Below, in pieces: positions 63,362 through 64,000 of a stretch of DNA of 64,000 bases. A program made the position numbers and the translations under genes. The notes below the pieces were generated by a model. It was given only the letters and a program-made list of their open reading frames with translations, was not told the DNA's origin and did no database searches. Source of the stretch: an uncultured delta proteobacterium. GTDB taxonomy: Bacteria > Desulfobacterota > Binatia > UBA9968. The DNA lies in contig CAVTUQ010000043.1 in the NCBI GenBank assembly GCA_963737905.1, positions 12,555 through 76,554 on the forward strand, given 5' to 3'. Numbering within the stretch: position 1 is the first letter of the stretch; every line of letters begins with the position of its first letter.

Positions 63362-64000
63362 ATGATGAACCCATTACCGTTTCATGACCTCGATGTGGAT
63401 GCCTCTCTTCGCACGATCTTAGAGGGGACAGCGACTGAGACCGGGGAGCGGTTCTTTGCCGCGTTGGTGGAAAACCTCGCCCGAGCATTAAACACCCATG
63501 GCGCTTGGGTCACGGAATATATCGAGGAGCAACGCCGACTCAAGGCCCTGGCTTTTTGGATGGGGGGACAATGGATTCACGGATGGGAGATGGTCATTGA
63601 CGGAACTCCGTGCGAACGAGTCATCAACGAACGTTGCTTAGTTCATATCCCTGATAATCTACTTGATATCTATGGCAACGATCCTGATGTCCGAGCTGTG
63701 GGCGCGGCGAGTTACATGGGTGTGCCGCTGCTCGACCTCGACGGCAAGATTCTTGGCCATCTCGCTGTCCTGGACATGCGGCCGATGCCCAAGGAACCTA
63801 GAGCTGAAGCTTTGTTTCAAATCTTCGCTGCCCGCGCGGCGGCTGAGTTGCGTCGCCTGCGTGCGGAAAAGCAGGTACGCGAGCGCGAAGAAAAGCTCGG
63901 CCGGCTGGTCAATAGCGCCATGGACGCGATCATTGAGCTTAACCGGAATCTCAACGTCACCCGAGTCAATGCCGCGGCAGAAAAAGTGTTCTGCTGCTCC
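63362..64000 (+). CDS. GAF + PAS domain protein, probably an FhlA-like sigma54 regulator, truncated by window end
   Basis: Open frame MMNPLPFHDLDVDASLRTILEGTATETGERFFAALVENL...GTPCE...SYMGVPL...GHLAVLD...SAMDAII. Confidence 0.75.
   Translation, partial: MMNPLPFHDLDVDASLRTILEGTATETGERFFAALVENLARALNTHGAWVTEYIEEQRRLKALAFWMGGQWIHGWEMVIDGTPCERVINERCLVHIPDNLLDIYGNDPDVRAVGAASYMGVPLLDLDGKILGHLAVLDMRPMPKEPRAEALFQIFAARAAAELRRLRAEKQVREREEKLGRLVNSAMDAIIELNRNLNVTRVNAAAEKVFCCS

Overview
A 64 kb bacterial chromosomal segment. Gene content (orphan NitT/TauT-type binding protein, futalosine-pathway mqnL/mqnP-like genes, many sigma54 components, RRM protein) suggests a Deltaproteobacteria-like lineage such as Candidatus Binatia; this is inference only. 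In order: a TolC/MdtABC-like RND efflux locus; BamD with a long repeat-bearing tail; a Cys-rich porin; three TPR lipoproteins, two of them a recent tandem duplication; menaquinone ubiD/ubiA-family genes; a ~22 kb glycosylation island with seven GT-C-type membrane proteins (two TMTC-like), two polyprenyl-phosphate GT2 enzymes, a GMC oxidoreductase/epimerase pair and a membrane spermidine-synthase-like protein; amgK/murU; rsmI; a histidine kinase plus sigma54 response regulator; acyP; an RRM gene; ligA; TPR/LolB-like lipoproteins; an Opp/Dpp-type ABC operon; and a small catabolic cluster. Two items are absent from or mis-ended in the ORF track. (1) A complete sigma54-driven mini-operon (45291-45546) encoding a 41-aa secreted precursor that would release the 13-residue peptide QEEPEPKPDKPGD, divergent from the two-component pair. 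(2) A glutaredoxin-like selenoprotein ending GFGGS-U-EV-stop with a SECIS-like hairpin. Many genes carry single-base frameshifts, most likely long-read sequencing errors. I saw no rRNA, tRNA, CRISPR array, transposase or integrase.
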